Shown piece by piece: positions 18,772 to 28,909 of a stretch of DNA of 64,000 bases; the stretch's first letter is position 1; each line of letters begins with the position of its first letter. The translations under genes were made by a program, and so were the position numbers. The notes beneath the pieces were generated by a model, which worked only from the letters and a program-made list of their open reading frames with translations, searched no databases and had not been told where the DNA came from. The DNA is from Anaerolineae bacterium. Lineage in GTDB: Bacteria > Desulfobacterota > Desulfobacteria > Desulfobacterales > ETH-SRB1. Location of the stretch: contig DATKWZ010000015.1 of NCBI GenBank assembly GCA_035529315.1, forward strand, positions 22,955 to 86,954. The letters are read 5' to 3'.

Positions 18772-19278
18772 TTAATAGATCCCAAAATCTTTTAGTAGAT
18801 CATTAATGCCGAGATTTCTGACTTTTAGCCTCAGGAATTCCGCAATAGTTGGTTGACAGGCCTTAATTTTGAGATACATATTAGCCTGTTTTGGTGTTTG
18901 GCCGCCTTTTTTATTGTTGCAGTGTTTACAGGAAGAAACGCAGTTCTCAAATGAAGTTTTACCGCCTATTGATTTAGGGATAATATGGTCAATTGTCAGT
19001 TTTTCTTTATCATTGCCGCAATAGGCGCATCTAAACCCGTCTCTTATAAGAATATTCTTTTTGCTGAAAGGCACTCTACTTCTATACAGGGTTCTAATAA
19101 TCTTTACCAGCTTCATAACAGCAGGGATTTTTATTAAAGTTCCTTCAGCGGTTCTGACAATTTTTTTAGAATACTTTAATACTTGAACCTTGCTCTTTAC
19201 CACAAGACACATCGCTCGTTTCCAGGTTATCACATTTAAAAATGAGTAATCTGCATTAAGCAAAACACATTGAACCAT
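18772..19278 (-). CDS. HNH endonuclease
   Basis: RDGFRCAYCG, TIDHIIPKSIGG, NCVSSCKHCNNKKG. Confidence 0.87.
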   Translation of the reverse strand: MVQCVLLNADYSFLNVITWKRAMCLVVKSKVQVLKYSKKIVRTAEGTLIKIPAVMKLVKIIRTLYRSRVPFSKKNILIRDGFRCAYCGNDKEKLTIDHIIPKSIGGKTSFENCVSSCKHCNNKKGGQTPKQANMYLKIKACQPTIAEFLRLKVRNLGINDLLKDFGIY

Positions 19279-19419
19279 TTTGTCCCACCTTTCTGTAAAG
19301 GCTGTTATAAACAGATTGAGTGTTGTGTCTTTGCCGATAAAATATTGTATATATCAATCAATAGTCAACTAATTTTATTTGGTAATTGCTTAAGCGCCGA
19401 TACTAAGGGTATAAAAATC

Positions 19420-19491
19420 AGTCAAGGCGATAAAGAGCCTGTACGCCACAGTAAGGGCCAAAATAAATTTGACTCCTTTACTGCCTTGACT
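19420..19491. repeat. Imperfect 16-bp inverted repeat in the HNH/PNP divergent region
   Basis: AGTCAAGGCGATAAAG ... CTTTACTGCCTTGACT. Confidence 0.45.
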
Positions 19492-19532
19492 TTGATAGAA
19501 ATCAAGGGTGCGAAACCAGAAAATATAACTTA

Positions 19533-20372
19533 TTGAGGTTTTTGAAAATGAAAAATTATAGAGAAAAAGCTATTGAAACAGCATCTTTTTTAAAAACACA
19601 TATTAAGAAACCTTCTGAAATAGGAATTCTTACAGGGACCGGTCATGGAGAAAGCGCAGAATCGCTGGATATAGACGCCTCATTTGCATACAAAGATATT
19701 CCACATTTCCCGATTTCAACTGTTGAAAGCCATTTTGGAAGACTTCTCATAGGCAGTATGCATGGCAGGCAGATTATCGCCATGCAGGGACGGCTTCATC
19801 TCTATGAAGGATACTCTCCGGCTGATGTTATCTTTCCGATAAGGGTGATGCAGGAGCTCGGCGTTAAAACACTGATTCTTTCCAATGCATCCGGAGGCAT
19901 AAACCCTCTGTTTAAAGCCGGCGATATTATGATTATCGTTGACCATCTTAATCTTACAGGCTCTAACCCTCTGATAGGGCGGAACGAAGAGACCTGGGGC
20001 ATAAGGTTCCCTGACATGACACGGGCATACGATAAACAGCTTGTTTCAATCGCTGAGAAGGCCGGAAAAAACAATGGAATCTGTCTGCAAAAAGGTGTTT
20101 ATGCCGGTCTGACAGGCCCAAGTCTCGAAACACCTGCTGAAGTGTGTTTTTTAAGAACTATAGGGGCAGAAGCCGTCGGCTTTTCAACTGTCCATGAGGT
20201 AATTTCGGCCGTACATGCCGGTATAAAGGTGCTGGGATTATCGATAATAACCAATGTTCATGATCCTGACAGTCCTGTTGAATCAACAATTGAAGAAATA
20301 ATTGCCGTGGCAGAGAAATCTTCTTTAAAGCTTGCATCAATCGTAAGCAATGTAATTGAGAATCTAACATGA
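19533..20372 (+). CDS. Purine-nucleoside phosphorylase (trimeric type; start possibly ATG 19548)
   Basis: GILTGTG, STVESHFG, MQGRLHLYEG, SNASGG, GPSLETPAE, VGFSTV, SIITN. Confidence 0.9.
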   Translation: MRFLKMKNYREKAIETASFLKTHIKKPSEIGILTGTGHGESAESLDIDASFAYKDIPHFPISTVESHFGRLLIGSMHGRQIIAMQGRLHLYEGYSPADVIFPIRVMQELGVKTLILSNASGGINPLFKAGDIMIIVDHLNLTGSNPLIGRNEETWGIRFPDMTRAYDKQLVSIAEKAGKNNGICLQKGVYAGLTGPSLETPAEVCFLRTIGAEAVGFSTVHEVISAVHAGIKVLGLSIITNVHDPDSPVESTIEEIIAVAEKSSLKLASIVSNVIENLT

Positions 20373-21145
20373 AACTATTTGACAGCCACTGCCATCTTAA
20401 CGACAGGGCGTATGATAAAGATCTTGATGCAGTTATTAAACGCGCGCATGATGTCGGGGTGTCAGCATGTATGATTGTTGGAACAGACAAGGAAAGTTCC
20501 ATTAAAGCCGTTGCGCTGGCAAAATCCATAAACAATATTTATGTCTCTGTCGGCATTCATCCTCACGAAGCAAAACACTGCTCTGAATCAACCTTAAAGT
20601 GCCTGATAAATCTTGCTGAAAACCCCAGAATTTGTGCATGGGGTGAGATAGGCCTTGATTTTAACCGTATGTATTCGCCACAAGATGATCAGGAAAAATG
20701 GTTTATAAGGCAGCTTGAGATTGCCGACAGATACAATCTTCCGGTTATCTTCCATGAAAGAGACAGCAAAGGCCGCCTGCTCGAAATAGTTAGGACTTAT
20801 AACAAAAAGGGGAGAAAAGGGGTTGTGCACTGTTTTAGCGGAAACAGGGCGGAGCTTGAGCAGTATATTAATCTCGGCCTTTATATCGGCATAACAGGCG
20901 TTTTGACACTAAAAAAGCGTGGCGCTGATTTACGCAAGCTGGCGCCTATAATTCCTGTTGAACAGATTCTAATCGAGACAGATGCGCCATATCTAACACC
21001 TGCTCCGGAAAAAAATCGCACACAACGGAATGAGCCGGCATTTGTCAGGTCTATTCTGCTTAAACTGGCGGAAATAAGAAAGGAAGATCCGGAATATCTG
21101 GCATCCGCTACATGGGAAAACAGCTGCCGGCTGTTTAATATATAA
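20369..21145 (+). CDS. tatD: TatD-family hydrolase
   Basis: FDSHCHL, GIHPH, GEIGLD, FHER, HCFSG, ETDAPYL, NEP. Confidence 0.9.
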   Translation: MKLFDSHCHLNDRAYDKDLDAVIKRAHDVGVSACMIVGTDKESSIKAVALAKSINNIYVSVGIHPHEAKHCSESTLKCLINLAENPRICAWGEIGLDFNRMYSPQDDQEKWFIRQLEIADRYNLPVIFHERDSKGRLLEIVRTYNKKGRKGVVHCFSGNRAELEQYINLGLYIGITGVLTLKKRGADLRKLAPIIPVEQILIETDAPYLTPAPEKNRTQRNEPAFVRSILLKLAEIRKEDPEYLASATWENSCRLFNI

Positions 21146-21164
21146 CTCAAGTTTCGCAGCCTTA

Positions 21165-22493
21165 TCAACCGATCCCGAGGCTTTTTTTGATCCCGAGAGC
21201 AATCTTTTTTACCCTTTTTATAACTTCGGCTTCATTAATCGTTAAAAGGCATCTGTCTTTCATAACAATTTTTCCGTTTATAATAACTGTGGTTACATCA
21301 GATCCATTCACAGCATAAACAAGATGAGAATAGGGATTGTACATCGGGGTAAGGTGGGGTTTGTTCAAATCTATGGCAATGATATCCGCCTTCATCCCGG
21401 CTTTTAGAGAACCTGCAAGATTCTCCATTCCAAGGACCCGGGCTCCGTTACAGGTCGCCATATGTGTAACAGTATGCGCAGACATGACTGTTGGATCAAG
21501 ACGTTCAACCTTCTCAAGCTTGGCCGCCGTGTCCATCTCCTGCAGCATGTCGAGATTATTATTGCTGGCGCATCCGTCGGTTCCAAGTCCAACGACAATG
21601 CCATGGTTTAACATGCTGGATACAGGAGCAACACCGGAAGCAAGCTTCATGTTGCTTTCAGGATTATGAACAACCTTGCATCCACTGTCTGCAAAGATTT
21701 TTATATCCTCTTCATCCATGCAAACGCAGTGAAAGGCGATAAAACGCTCATCAAGATAATTGATATCTTTCAGGAAATCAGTTGCCCTTTTGCCCAATTT
21801 TTTTCTTAACTCTTTTGCTTCTCCTTTGTTTTCCAGAAAATGGGTCGCAATCGGGACGTTGTACTGGTCAGCCAAAGCCTTGGCATCTATAAGAAGGGAA
21901 GAAGAGCATGTGTATAATGAGTGTGGCTCAACCACGATGTTGACCAGCGGATCATCCGCCCATTTTTCAATGAGCATTCTGGTATATTCCAAACCTTGGT
22001 CAGGTGTTTTAATGTTGGGAGACGGAAAATCAAAAAGAACCTCTCCAAGAAGGCATCGCATGCCGGCCTCTTTTGCGGCCTTTGCTGTTTCATCTTCAAA
22101 AATGTACATGTCACAGAAAGTCGTTGTTCCAGATTTGATCATTTCTGCGCATGCCAGCAGACTTCCCCAAAAGGCCAGTTCTACATTCACATTTTTAGCC
22201 TCAGCAGGAAATATGTAATTGTTCAACCAGTCCATGAGTTCAATGTCGTCGGCTATTCCCCTGAAGCAGGTCATTGCCGCATGTGTGTGGCTGTTAATAA
22301 GCCCCGGCATAATCAGATGATTTGTTGCATCTATGCTTTCTCTGGATATATACTTTGCCTTTATTTCCTCGGATTTGCCGACAGCAATGATATTTTCACC
22401 GTCAATTGCAACAGCGCTGTTTTCGATTACAGTTTCATTTTCATCCATCGTAAGCGCCAGTCCGTTGGATATGATAATATCAACTTCAGTCAT
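21165..22493 (-). CDS. Amidohydrolase, MTA/SAH-deaminase (MtaD)-like
   Basis: PGLINSHTH, HSLYT, HFLE, FHCV, HNPESNMKLASG, GTDGCASNN; start taken at MTEVDIII (22493). Confidence 0.85.
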   Translation of the reverse strand: MTEVDIIISNGLALTMDENETVIENSAVAIDGENIIAVGKSEEIKAKYISRESIDATNHLIMPGLINSHTHAAMTCFRGIADDIELMDWLNNYIFPAEAKNVNVELAFWGSLLACAEMIKSGTTTFCDMYIFEDETAKAAKEAGMRCLLGEVLFDFPSPNIKTPDQGLEYTRMLIEKWADDPLVNIVVEPHSLYTCSSSLLIDAKALADQYNVPIATHFLENKGEAKELRKKLGKRATDFLKDINYLDERFIAFHCVCMDEEDIKIFADSGCKVVHNPESNMKLASGVAPVSSMLNHGIVVGLGTDGCASNNNLDMLQEMDTAAKLEKVERLDPTVMSAHTVTHMATCNGARVLGMENLAGSLKAGMKADIIAIDLNKPHLTPMYNPYSHLVYAVNGSDVTTVIINGKIVMKDRCLLTINEAEVIKRVKKIALGIKKSLGIG

Positions 22494-22855
22494 TTTTTTG
22501 AAGTTCTCCTTTAGAGTTCTATCCGTATCGCAGGGAATTATGTCGTTTGCAAACATTTTTTATAACTCAATTATTTTTTTAATAGGTACATCTTTCCTGG
22601 CTTTTGCCAAATCAACCATAAAACCATGTCATGTTTTTTTCTTGACCTGCTCCTTAACGGGCTTTTGCCCGAATCCAAATTTGGTGAAAATCAGCAATCC
22701 AGCCAAAACCTGCATTTAACAAAATTAATAAGTTAAGTTCTTGCTATGATGCGATATAACATGGGGTACCCCATTTGATCTTGACATAAAGATTGATAGG
22801 CGGTTATTATAATACAGTTTTTTTATAAAACCATCTTTTTTGGAGAATCTTTACA

Positions 22856-24952
22856 ATGGAAAAAGATTTCATGGATATTGAAGATTTACTGAAGAATCCA
22901 GAAGTGCAAAGTGCTACCGGTAATATAAGCCAGGAGTTAATTGAGAGAAGGAAATATGTTCCTTCCGTATGTAAAGCTCTGTCTCATAAATATACTGTGC
23001 TGGAGGATAATCCTTGTTTTAAATTTTCAATCAACAAGGAGGCCGGCAAACAGTTGCCGAACATTATAAACAACAAAGTGCAAAACATTATCGGCCTTGA
23101 TTCCCTGGATGAATCTTTAAAACAGGAATATTGCAAACAGCGTAATATCGGAATCGTATTTTCAGGGGGGCCGGCTCCAGGAGGACATAATGTTATAGCA
23201 GGGCTTTTTGATGCCGCAAAAAAGGCCAATCCGGAAAATAAAATATACGGCTTCCTGCTTGGGCCGGATGGAATACTTGAAAATGAAGCTATTGAGCTGA
23301 CGAAAAGCATCGTTGATTCTTACAGAAATCTGGGCGGTTTTACAATGATCAAGACCGGCCGGACAAAAATCGACACAAAAAAGAAGATGGCCCTTACAAA
23401 TGAGACATGTAAAGATCTTAATCTGGATGCCATTGTAATAGTTGGAGGTGATGATTCAAACACAAATGCGGCATTTATGGCTCAGGAGATGTTTGACCAC
23501 GGCCTCCAGGTTATCGGAGTTCCCAAAACAATTGACGGCGACATTCAGGTCAAAGATATAGACGGCAATATTTTATGTGCAATATCGTTCGGCTTTCATA
23601 CCGCTGCAAGGGCTTTTGCCAACGAGATAAGCAACCTGTGCACGGATTGCAGTTCCGATGTCAAATACTGGCATATCTGCAAGGTAATGGGCAGGGTCGC
23701 AAGCCATCTGGCGCTTGAAGTGGCCCTGCAGACTCACGCCAACATAACCCTTATCGGTGAGGAGCTTGCCGACTACATAGACAAAAAACGGCTTGAAAAA
23801 GCAAAAAAAGAAAAAGTCGTGGATTACAGCGCTTATGGAATGACACTTCGGCATCTTTCCAGGTTGATTTGCGATGGTATAGTAAGAAGATCAGCTGTTG
23901 GAAAAAATTACGGCGTAATTGTAATACCGGAGGGGATTTTAGAATTTATTGATGAAATACAGGTGTTTATAATCAAATTAAATACAATTATCGCTGAATA
24001 TAACAAAAAGCACGATATTGATTTTCATTCTGATTTTCCCATGCTCAGGGATAAACTTGAGTACCTGCGGAGACTGGCCAGGCGTTCACGTGAGGACAGC
24101 TCTTTTACTATATGGAATACACGTGATGATGATCTTTTCGATGATATCCCTGAATTTTTCCAGAGAGGGCTTCTTACGGAAAGAGACAGCCACGGCAATT
24201 TCCAGTTTTCTCTGGTTGAGACAGACAAGATCATAATGGAGCTGGTAACCGACTATCTGAATATTCTTAAAGAAAATGGAGTTTATAAGATAGGAATTGA
24301 AAGAGCATATTACACAGACATACTAAACAAGGAGGGGTTTAACCCTGATTTTTTCGGCCGTATCCTGTTTAGAAACTATGATGATAGCAGCATGTTTTTG
24401 CTGGTTAAGGAGTCTATAATATCTGTTAAAACCCTTAACAAGGTGCTTATAAATGAAGGGGCTATAACGGAAAACGAAAATATCCCGGGTTGTGTTGAAA
24501 AAATATTCAAAAAGTCGGTCCCAAAATTCAAAACCCAGGTCCACTTTTACGGTTATGACGGCAGAGGGAATGATCCGACCAGATTTGACTGTATTTATAC
24601 ATACAACCTTGGGCTGACCGTTTTCAGCCTTATAGCCAATGGCGCAACCGGCCAGATGGCGGCGATAAAGAACCTGGAAATGGATTTTTCCAGATGGGAG
24701 CCTATCGGGATTCCGATTGCGTCTCTGATGCACCTTGAAGAAAGAAAAGGGAAGCTGGTCTTAGTGCTTGAAAAAAGCGTGGTTGATGTAAACTCCACGG
24801 CATTTAAGGTTGTAAAGGCATTTGAAGAAAAATGGCTGGCAGCAGAACCTGGCGAAGATCACTATAGAAGACCGGGCCCCATACGTTTTACCGGCAAAAG
24901 TGAAGAGGACAGGCCTATAACACTTGTTTTGAATGCGCTCAGAGACCTTTGA
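22856..24952 (+). CDS. pfp: Pyrophosphate-dependent phosphofructokinase (long type)
   Basis: SGGPAPGGHNVI, GGDDSNT (Asp form = PPi-dependent), VPKTIDGD, VMGRVASH. Confidence 0.87.
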   Translation: MEKDFMDIEDLLKNPEVQSATGNISQELIERRKYVPSVCKALSHKYTVLEDNPCFKFSINKEAGKQLPNIINNKVQNIIGLDSLDESLKQEYCKQRNIGIVFSGGPAPGGHNVIAGLFDAAKKANPENKIYGFLLGPDGILENEAIELTKSIVDSYRNLGGFTMIKTGRTKIDTKKKMALTNETCKDLNLDAIVIVGGDDSNTNAAFMAQEMFDHGLQVIGVPKTIDGDIQVKDIDGNILCAISFGFHTAARAFANEISNLCTDCSSDVKYWHICKVMGRVASHLALEVALQTHANITLIGEELADYIDKKRLEKAKKEKVVDYSAYGMTLRHLSRLICDGIVRRSAVGKNYGVIVIPEGILEFIDEIQVFIIKLNTIIAEYNKKHDIDFHSDFPMLRDKLEYLRRLARRSREDSSFTIWNTRDDDLFDDIPEFFQRGLLTERDSHGNFQFSLVETDKIIMELVTDYLNILKENGVYKIGIERAYYTDILNKEGFNPDFFGRILFRNYDDSSMFLLVKESIISVKTLNKVLINEGAITENENIPGCVEKIFKKSVPKFKTQVHFYGYDGRGNDPTRFDCIYTYNLGLTVFSLIANGATGQMAAIKNLEMDFSRWEPIGIPIASLMHLEERKGKLVLVLEKSVVDVNSTAFKVVKAFEEKWLAAEPGEDHYRRPGPIRFTGKSEEDRPITLVLNALRDL

Positions 24953-24981
24953 ACAATAGCAAAAGGTGTGTTTGAAACCCT

Positions 24982-25893
24982 TCAGAAAACTACGACCCGA
25001 TTCCTTCCCTCTTCTTTTGCCCTGTACAGTGCCTTATCCGCGCATTTGATCAGGGTCTTGGCATCAGCGATCTCCGGGTGGGGAAAGCTGACAACTCCTA
25101 CGCTGATGGTCACTGTCAGAACCGTATTTTGGCTGTCTGCCTGAAACTTATGCTGCGCTACAGCCTTCCTCAGCCGCTCTGCAAGCATAACGGCTTCCTT
25201 TGGTTCAGTATGATACATAAGCAGAGCAAACTCCTCTCCTCCATATCTGGCCGACAGATCACTATTCCGTATTAATTCACGGATTAAATCACCAAGTGTT
25301 TTAAGGACCATATCCCCGGTCTGGTGACCATAAGTATCGTTGAATTTTTTGAAATGATCTATATCAAACATCACGCATGAAAGAGATTCGTGGTAACGGG
25401 CGGCTTTTTGAAAATCCCTTGAGATAGTTTCTTGAAAATACCGGTGATTGTACAGGCCTGTCAGGCCATCACGATTAGCCATTTCTTTAAGCTGTCTATT
25501 TTTTTCTTTAAGGCTTTCGTGAAGCTCCCTGATCTGCAGGTGGATATTAACTCTGGCTATCAGCTCCCCTTCGTCAAAGGGCTTGGTAACATAGTCTGAG
25601 GCCCCCATCTCCAGCCCGCGCACCTTGTCCGCTGCTTCAGACTTGGAGGTGAGCATTATAACAGGTATCTCCGACGTGGCATCCCCTTTCTTGATTCGTT
25701 GACAAACCTCATATCCATCTATCCCTGGCAGGATCAGATCCAATAGAATCAAATCAGGATGTTGCTTTGCGGCTATTTCCAACCCTATAGTTCCATCCTC
25801 GGCCGAAAGGACCTGATGGCCTTTCTTGCTCAGGATAGTCTTTGCTACATGCAATATCAGTTTGCTGTCATCGATTATCAGAATGCTGGCCAT
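24982..25893 (-). CDS. Response-regulator diguanylate cyclase (REC-GGDEF, WspR/PleD-like)
   Basis: IIDD/LLDLILP/K receiver; DGLTGLYN, DIDHFK, RNSD I-site, RYGGEEF. Confidence 0.93.
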   Translation of the reverse strand: MASILIIDDSKLILHVAKTILSKKGHQVLSAEDGTIGLEIAAKQHPDLILLDLILPGIDGYEVCQRIKKGDATSEIPVIMLTSKSEAADKVRGLEMGASDYVTKPFDEGELIARVNIHLQIRELHESLKEKNRQLKEMANRDGLTGLYNHRYFQETISRDFQKAARYHESLSCVMFDIDHFKKFNDTYGHQTGDMVLKTLGDLIRELIRNSDLSARYGGEEFALLMYHTEPKEAVMLAERLRKAVAQHKFQADSQNTVLTVTISVGVVSFPHPEIADAKTLIKCADKALYRAKEEGRNRVVVF

Positions 25894-25921
25894 ACCTTAA
25901 GTCCTGTTTTGCTTTGCAATC

Positions 25922-25976
25922 GGTCGAGTAGTTAAGCACTTGACCATTTCCCTGCTCGACCACTCGACTACTTGAC
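25922..25976. repeat. Inverted array of ~8-bp units between cheB and the DGC gene
   Basis: GGTCGAGTAGTTAAG ... CTTGACC...CTCGACCACTCGACTACTTGAC. Confidence 0.45.
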
Positions 25977-27011
25977 ATTGTTGAGAAGAATAGCCGGGAT
26001 ATCTTCCGGAGAGGCAACTGCATCCACAATGCCCCGCTTAATGGCTGCTCGCGGCATCCCGAAAACAACACAGCTCGCCTCGTCCTGGGCAATAGTATAA
26101 GCCCCCGCCTTTTTCATTGCAACCAGTCCGTCAACCCCATCATTTCCCATTCCGGTCAATATTATGCCAACCGCATTTGGACCGGCGCTTTCCGCAACCG
26201 AGTGGAATAGCACATCTACCGAGTGGCTTACATTTATCAAGGGATGTTGTGTGGACGAGGTTTTGTCGAGCCGGATTATATAACCAGCTCCATCCCGGAC
26301 CACTCGCATATGTCTTCCCCCGGGTACAATTAAGACTCTGCCCTGATTTACGCTGTCCATGTCACGTGCTTCCCGCACCTCAAAAGGGAGGAGGCTGTTG
26401 AGCCTCTGTGCAAAGGCCAGTGTGTATTGTGCTGCCATGTGTTGCGCAATCACAATACCCAGAGTCTGAAAAGAAATACCGCAAAGGAGCTTATTAATGG
26501 CCTGAGGTCCACCAATGGACGCTCCGATGGCAATGAGTTTGTGCGCAATTGAATGTGGTACTTTTTCGATCTTTATCGGCGTTTTACGCCACAAAAAAAG
26601 GGGTTTGACCTGAGCCTGCCTTGCAGCCCGGATCTTGTTGACTATTTCGTCGCGTAATGACGTAAAACCTTTTTCTACGTCCTGAGACGGTTTGGTTACA
26701 AAATCAACAGCCCCCGCTTCAAGAGCCTCCATGGTTCTCATGCTGTTCTTACGAGTATAAGAGCTGATCATGATCACCGGAATAGGGGAGTAGCTCATAA
26801 GGCGCTTTAAAAAGGTGATGCCGTCCATACGAGGCATTTCAATATCGAGAGTAATGACATCAGGCTTATGCTCAATGATTAAATCCTTGGCCTCAAACGG
26901 ATCGGATGCAACTCCCACTATGTCTATATCGGGTTCTCCGGAAAGAATACGCCTAAGAATCAACTGCACTATAGGAGAGTCATCTACAATAAGTACGCGT
27001 ATCGGTTTCAT
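25968..27011 (-). CDS. cheB: Chemotaxis methylesterase (REC-CheB)
   Basis: TLDIEMP receiver, GASIGG (Ser), QHM (His), SVDVLF, LTGMGNDG (Asp), FGMP. Confidence 0.95.
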   Translation of the reverse strand: MKPIRVLIVDDSPIVQLILRRILSGEPDIDIVGVASDPFEAKDLIIEHKPDVITLDIEMPRMDGITFLKRLMSYSPIPVIMISSYTRKNSMRTMEALEAGAVDFVTKPSQDVEKGFTSLRDEIVNKIRAARQAQVKPLFLWRKTPIKIEKVPHSIAHKLIAIGASIGGPQAINKLLCGISFQTLGIVIAQHMAAQYTLAFAQRLNSLLPFEVREARDMDSVNQGRVLIVPGGRHMRVVRDGAGYIIRLDKTSSTQHPLINVSHSVDVLFHSVAESAGPNAVGIILTGMGNDGVDGLVAMKKAGAYTIAQDEASCVVFGMPRAAIKRGIVDAVASPEDIPAILLNNVK

Positions 27012-27014
27012 ATA

Positions 27015-27605
27015 CTAAAATAAAATAACGGACCCTGATGGCACAGCCCGTCTTTTGTGTAAGACCATGCCCTTATATGTCCTCTCCTTATCAAAAATTT
27101 TCTGATTTTTTTTCACATCGAACTGTTTCAACAAGACTTTTGCCGTGTCTGTAAAAAAGAGGATTTTTCTGCCGCAATATCCACCTAAATCTTCACTTTG
27201 TACAGGTATTCCCTCCAGTTCGAGGAACTTTTTTGCAAAATGGATATTTGATCCTGTTATATCACCGTCACTTCTTCGGAATTTTAGAACGTTTCCACCA
27301 CCAAATATCTTGGCTATAAGATTCTCTCTCCTTGTCCCGTATTTAATGAATTCTCCGATGAGAAGCTCCATTGCATACATGCCATATCGCCCCAATTTTG
27401 ATGTAAGGATTTCATCCCGATGGATCATGCCGGGCAAAAGGTAGTGATTCATTCCCCCAATTTTTTTTTCAATATCGTAAATACAGACGGCAATGCATGA
27501 CCCAAGAACCGTATAAAGGATTTCTCCATCTTTTGAAGCAAAATATTCTCCTGGGCCGAGAATAATCACCCTTTTTTTATACCTTTGGCTGTAAAATCGC
27601 CGCAC
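27015..27605 (-). CDS. cheD: Chemoreceptor glutamine deamidase
   Basis: TVLGSCIAVC, GGMNHYLLP, AKIFGG, EDLGG..GRKI. Confidence 0.93.
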   Translation of the reverse strand: MRRFYSQRYKKRVIILGPGEYFASKDGEILYTVLGSCIAVCIYDIEKKIGGMNHYLLPGMIHRDEILTSKLGRYGMYAMELLIGEFIKYGTRRENLIAKIFGGGNVLKFRRSDGDITGSNIHFAKKFLELEGIPVQSEDLGGYCGRKILFFTDTAKVLLKQFDVKKNQKIFDKERTYKGMVLHKRRAVPSGSVILF

Positions 27606-27609
27606 AATC

Positions 27610-28455
27610 TTATCCTTTTTTACGATAGATCGCTCTTTCTATTAGTTCAAAGCGATCATCAATCCCTAAAAGCGACTCGGAAAGACCGAGACACAAGTAT
27701 CCTTTTGGTTCAAGAAGGTGATAGAATTGATCTGTGACTTTTTTCTTTGTCGCAGAATCAAAGTATATCATTACATTGCGACAAAAAATCATATCTATGG
27801 GCCCTTTAAGCAGGTTTGCAGACATCAAAAGATTGAGTCGCCTGAAAATCAATCTTTCTTTCAAATTCTTTTTGATACAAAAGACATCCTCGCCGCCGCT
27901 CCTTTCCTTGCGAAAGTACTTTGCAAGATAAGTCGGCGGAATTTCGGCAACCTGATCGGCTCTATATTTCCCAAGGTAAGCGATCTTCAGAGAACAAGTA
28001 TTTACATCAGTGGCCAGCATCTTGATATCCCAGGATATATCCACATTAGCCATTTCATAAACAAGCATTATCAGACTGTAAGGCTCCTGTCCGGTGGAAC
28101 ACCCGGAAGACCATATCCGGATACGTTTTTTTTCCATTTTTCGCCAAACTATCTCTGGAAGAATGCGCTTGTGTAAAAGCTCAAGTTGCTGCTTTCCTCT
28201 GAAAAAGTCGGTCTGGTCAATAGTAATGATGTTGATCAGATGCCGCAACTCTCTCGCCACTTCGGGTCTAAGGAGATAGTGGTAGTAATCAGAATAAGAT
28301 GAAAAGCCAATATGTTGCAACCGGCGAGACAGCTTCAGGCCAAGCATCTGCCTCCTCCCTTGCCGGATGGAGATTCCCACCTCCTTCTTCACAAGGCTGC
28401 GGAACAGATTAAAATCTTTTTCGGATATTTCCGGGAGTATTTTATGCTGGGGCAT
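27610..28455 (-). CDS. cheR: Chemotaxis methyltransferase
   Basis: TDFFR, IWSSGCSTGQEPYS, ATDV, IFCRNVMIYFD, LGLSESL. Confidence 0.95.
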   Translation of the reverse strand: MPQHKILPEISEKDFNLFRSLVKKEVGISIRQGRRQMLGLKLSRRLQHIGFSSYSDYYHYLLRPEVARELRHLINIITIDQTDFFRGKQQLELLHKRILPEIVWRKMEKKRIRIWSSGCSTGQEPYSLIMLVYEMANVDISWDIKMLATDVNTCSLKIAYLGKYRADQVAEIPPTYLAKYFRKERSGGEDVFCIKKNLKERLIFRRLNLLMSANLLKGPIDMIFCRNVMIYFDSATKKKVTDQFYHLLEPKGYLCLGLSESLLGIDDRFELIERAIYRKKG

Positions 28456-28459
28456 GGTT

Positions 28460-28909
28460 CTAAGCCGAATCTACCAGTTCGAGCTCTTCAGGACTTAACA
28501 GACGATCTATGTCCAGGATAATTATCATTTCGTCTTGCTTTTTCCCGACCCCCTTTAGGTACTCCCGTCGGAGGTTCGATGGAAGGTTCTTTGTTGTTTG
28601 AAACTCTTCAGGGAGGATCTCCAGCACATCCAAAATTTCGTCAACTATGACGCCCATAATCCGCCCAGCAATTTCAACAACAATAATCACATGAAAACTT
28701 GTATATTCCTTTGCAGGAAGATTGAACTTTTCCCGTAGATCAAAAACAGGAATGACAGCTCCGCGTAAGTTGATGATCCCCTTGACAAACTCGTCCACTT
28801 GCGGCAGAGGGGTGACCTTCCGGTAGCTTAAGGTCTCTTTTATTTTTAATAGTTCAATCCCGAAAATCTGCTGATTTATTGAAAAGACAACGTATTGGGT
28901 TTTTGCCAT
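28460..28909 (-). CDS. cheW: Chemotaxis coupling protein
   Basis: VKGIINLRGAVIPV, MGVIVDEI. Confidence 0.93.
   Translation of the reverse strand: MAKTQYVVFSINQQIFGIELLKIKETLSYRKVTPLPQVDEFVKGIINLRGAVIPVFDLREKFNLPAKEYTSFHVIIVVEIAGRIMGVIVDEILDVLEILPEEFQTTKNLPSNLRREYLKGVGKKQDEMIIILDIDRLLSPEELELVDSA

Noticed and set aside
18772-19278. HNH gene as a defence or mobile-element marker
   Set aside because: Stand-alone member of a widespread family, with no methylase, toxin partner or mobility gene nearby.
22560-22720. Short minus-strand peptides upstream of the amidohydrolase (MQVLAGLL..., MVDLAKARK...)
   Set aside because: Under 30 aa with no recognisable family; cannot be supported as genes.
25968-27011. 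CheB possibly inactive (GASIGG rather than GASTGG)
   Set aside because: The catalytic Ser, His and Asp are all present; the change is at a neighbouring position.
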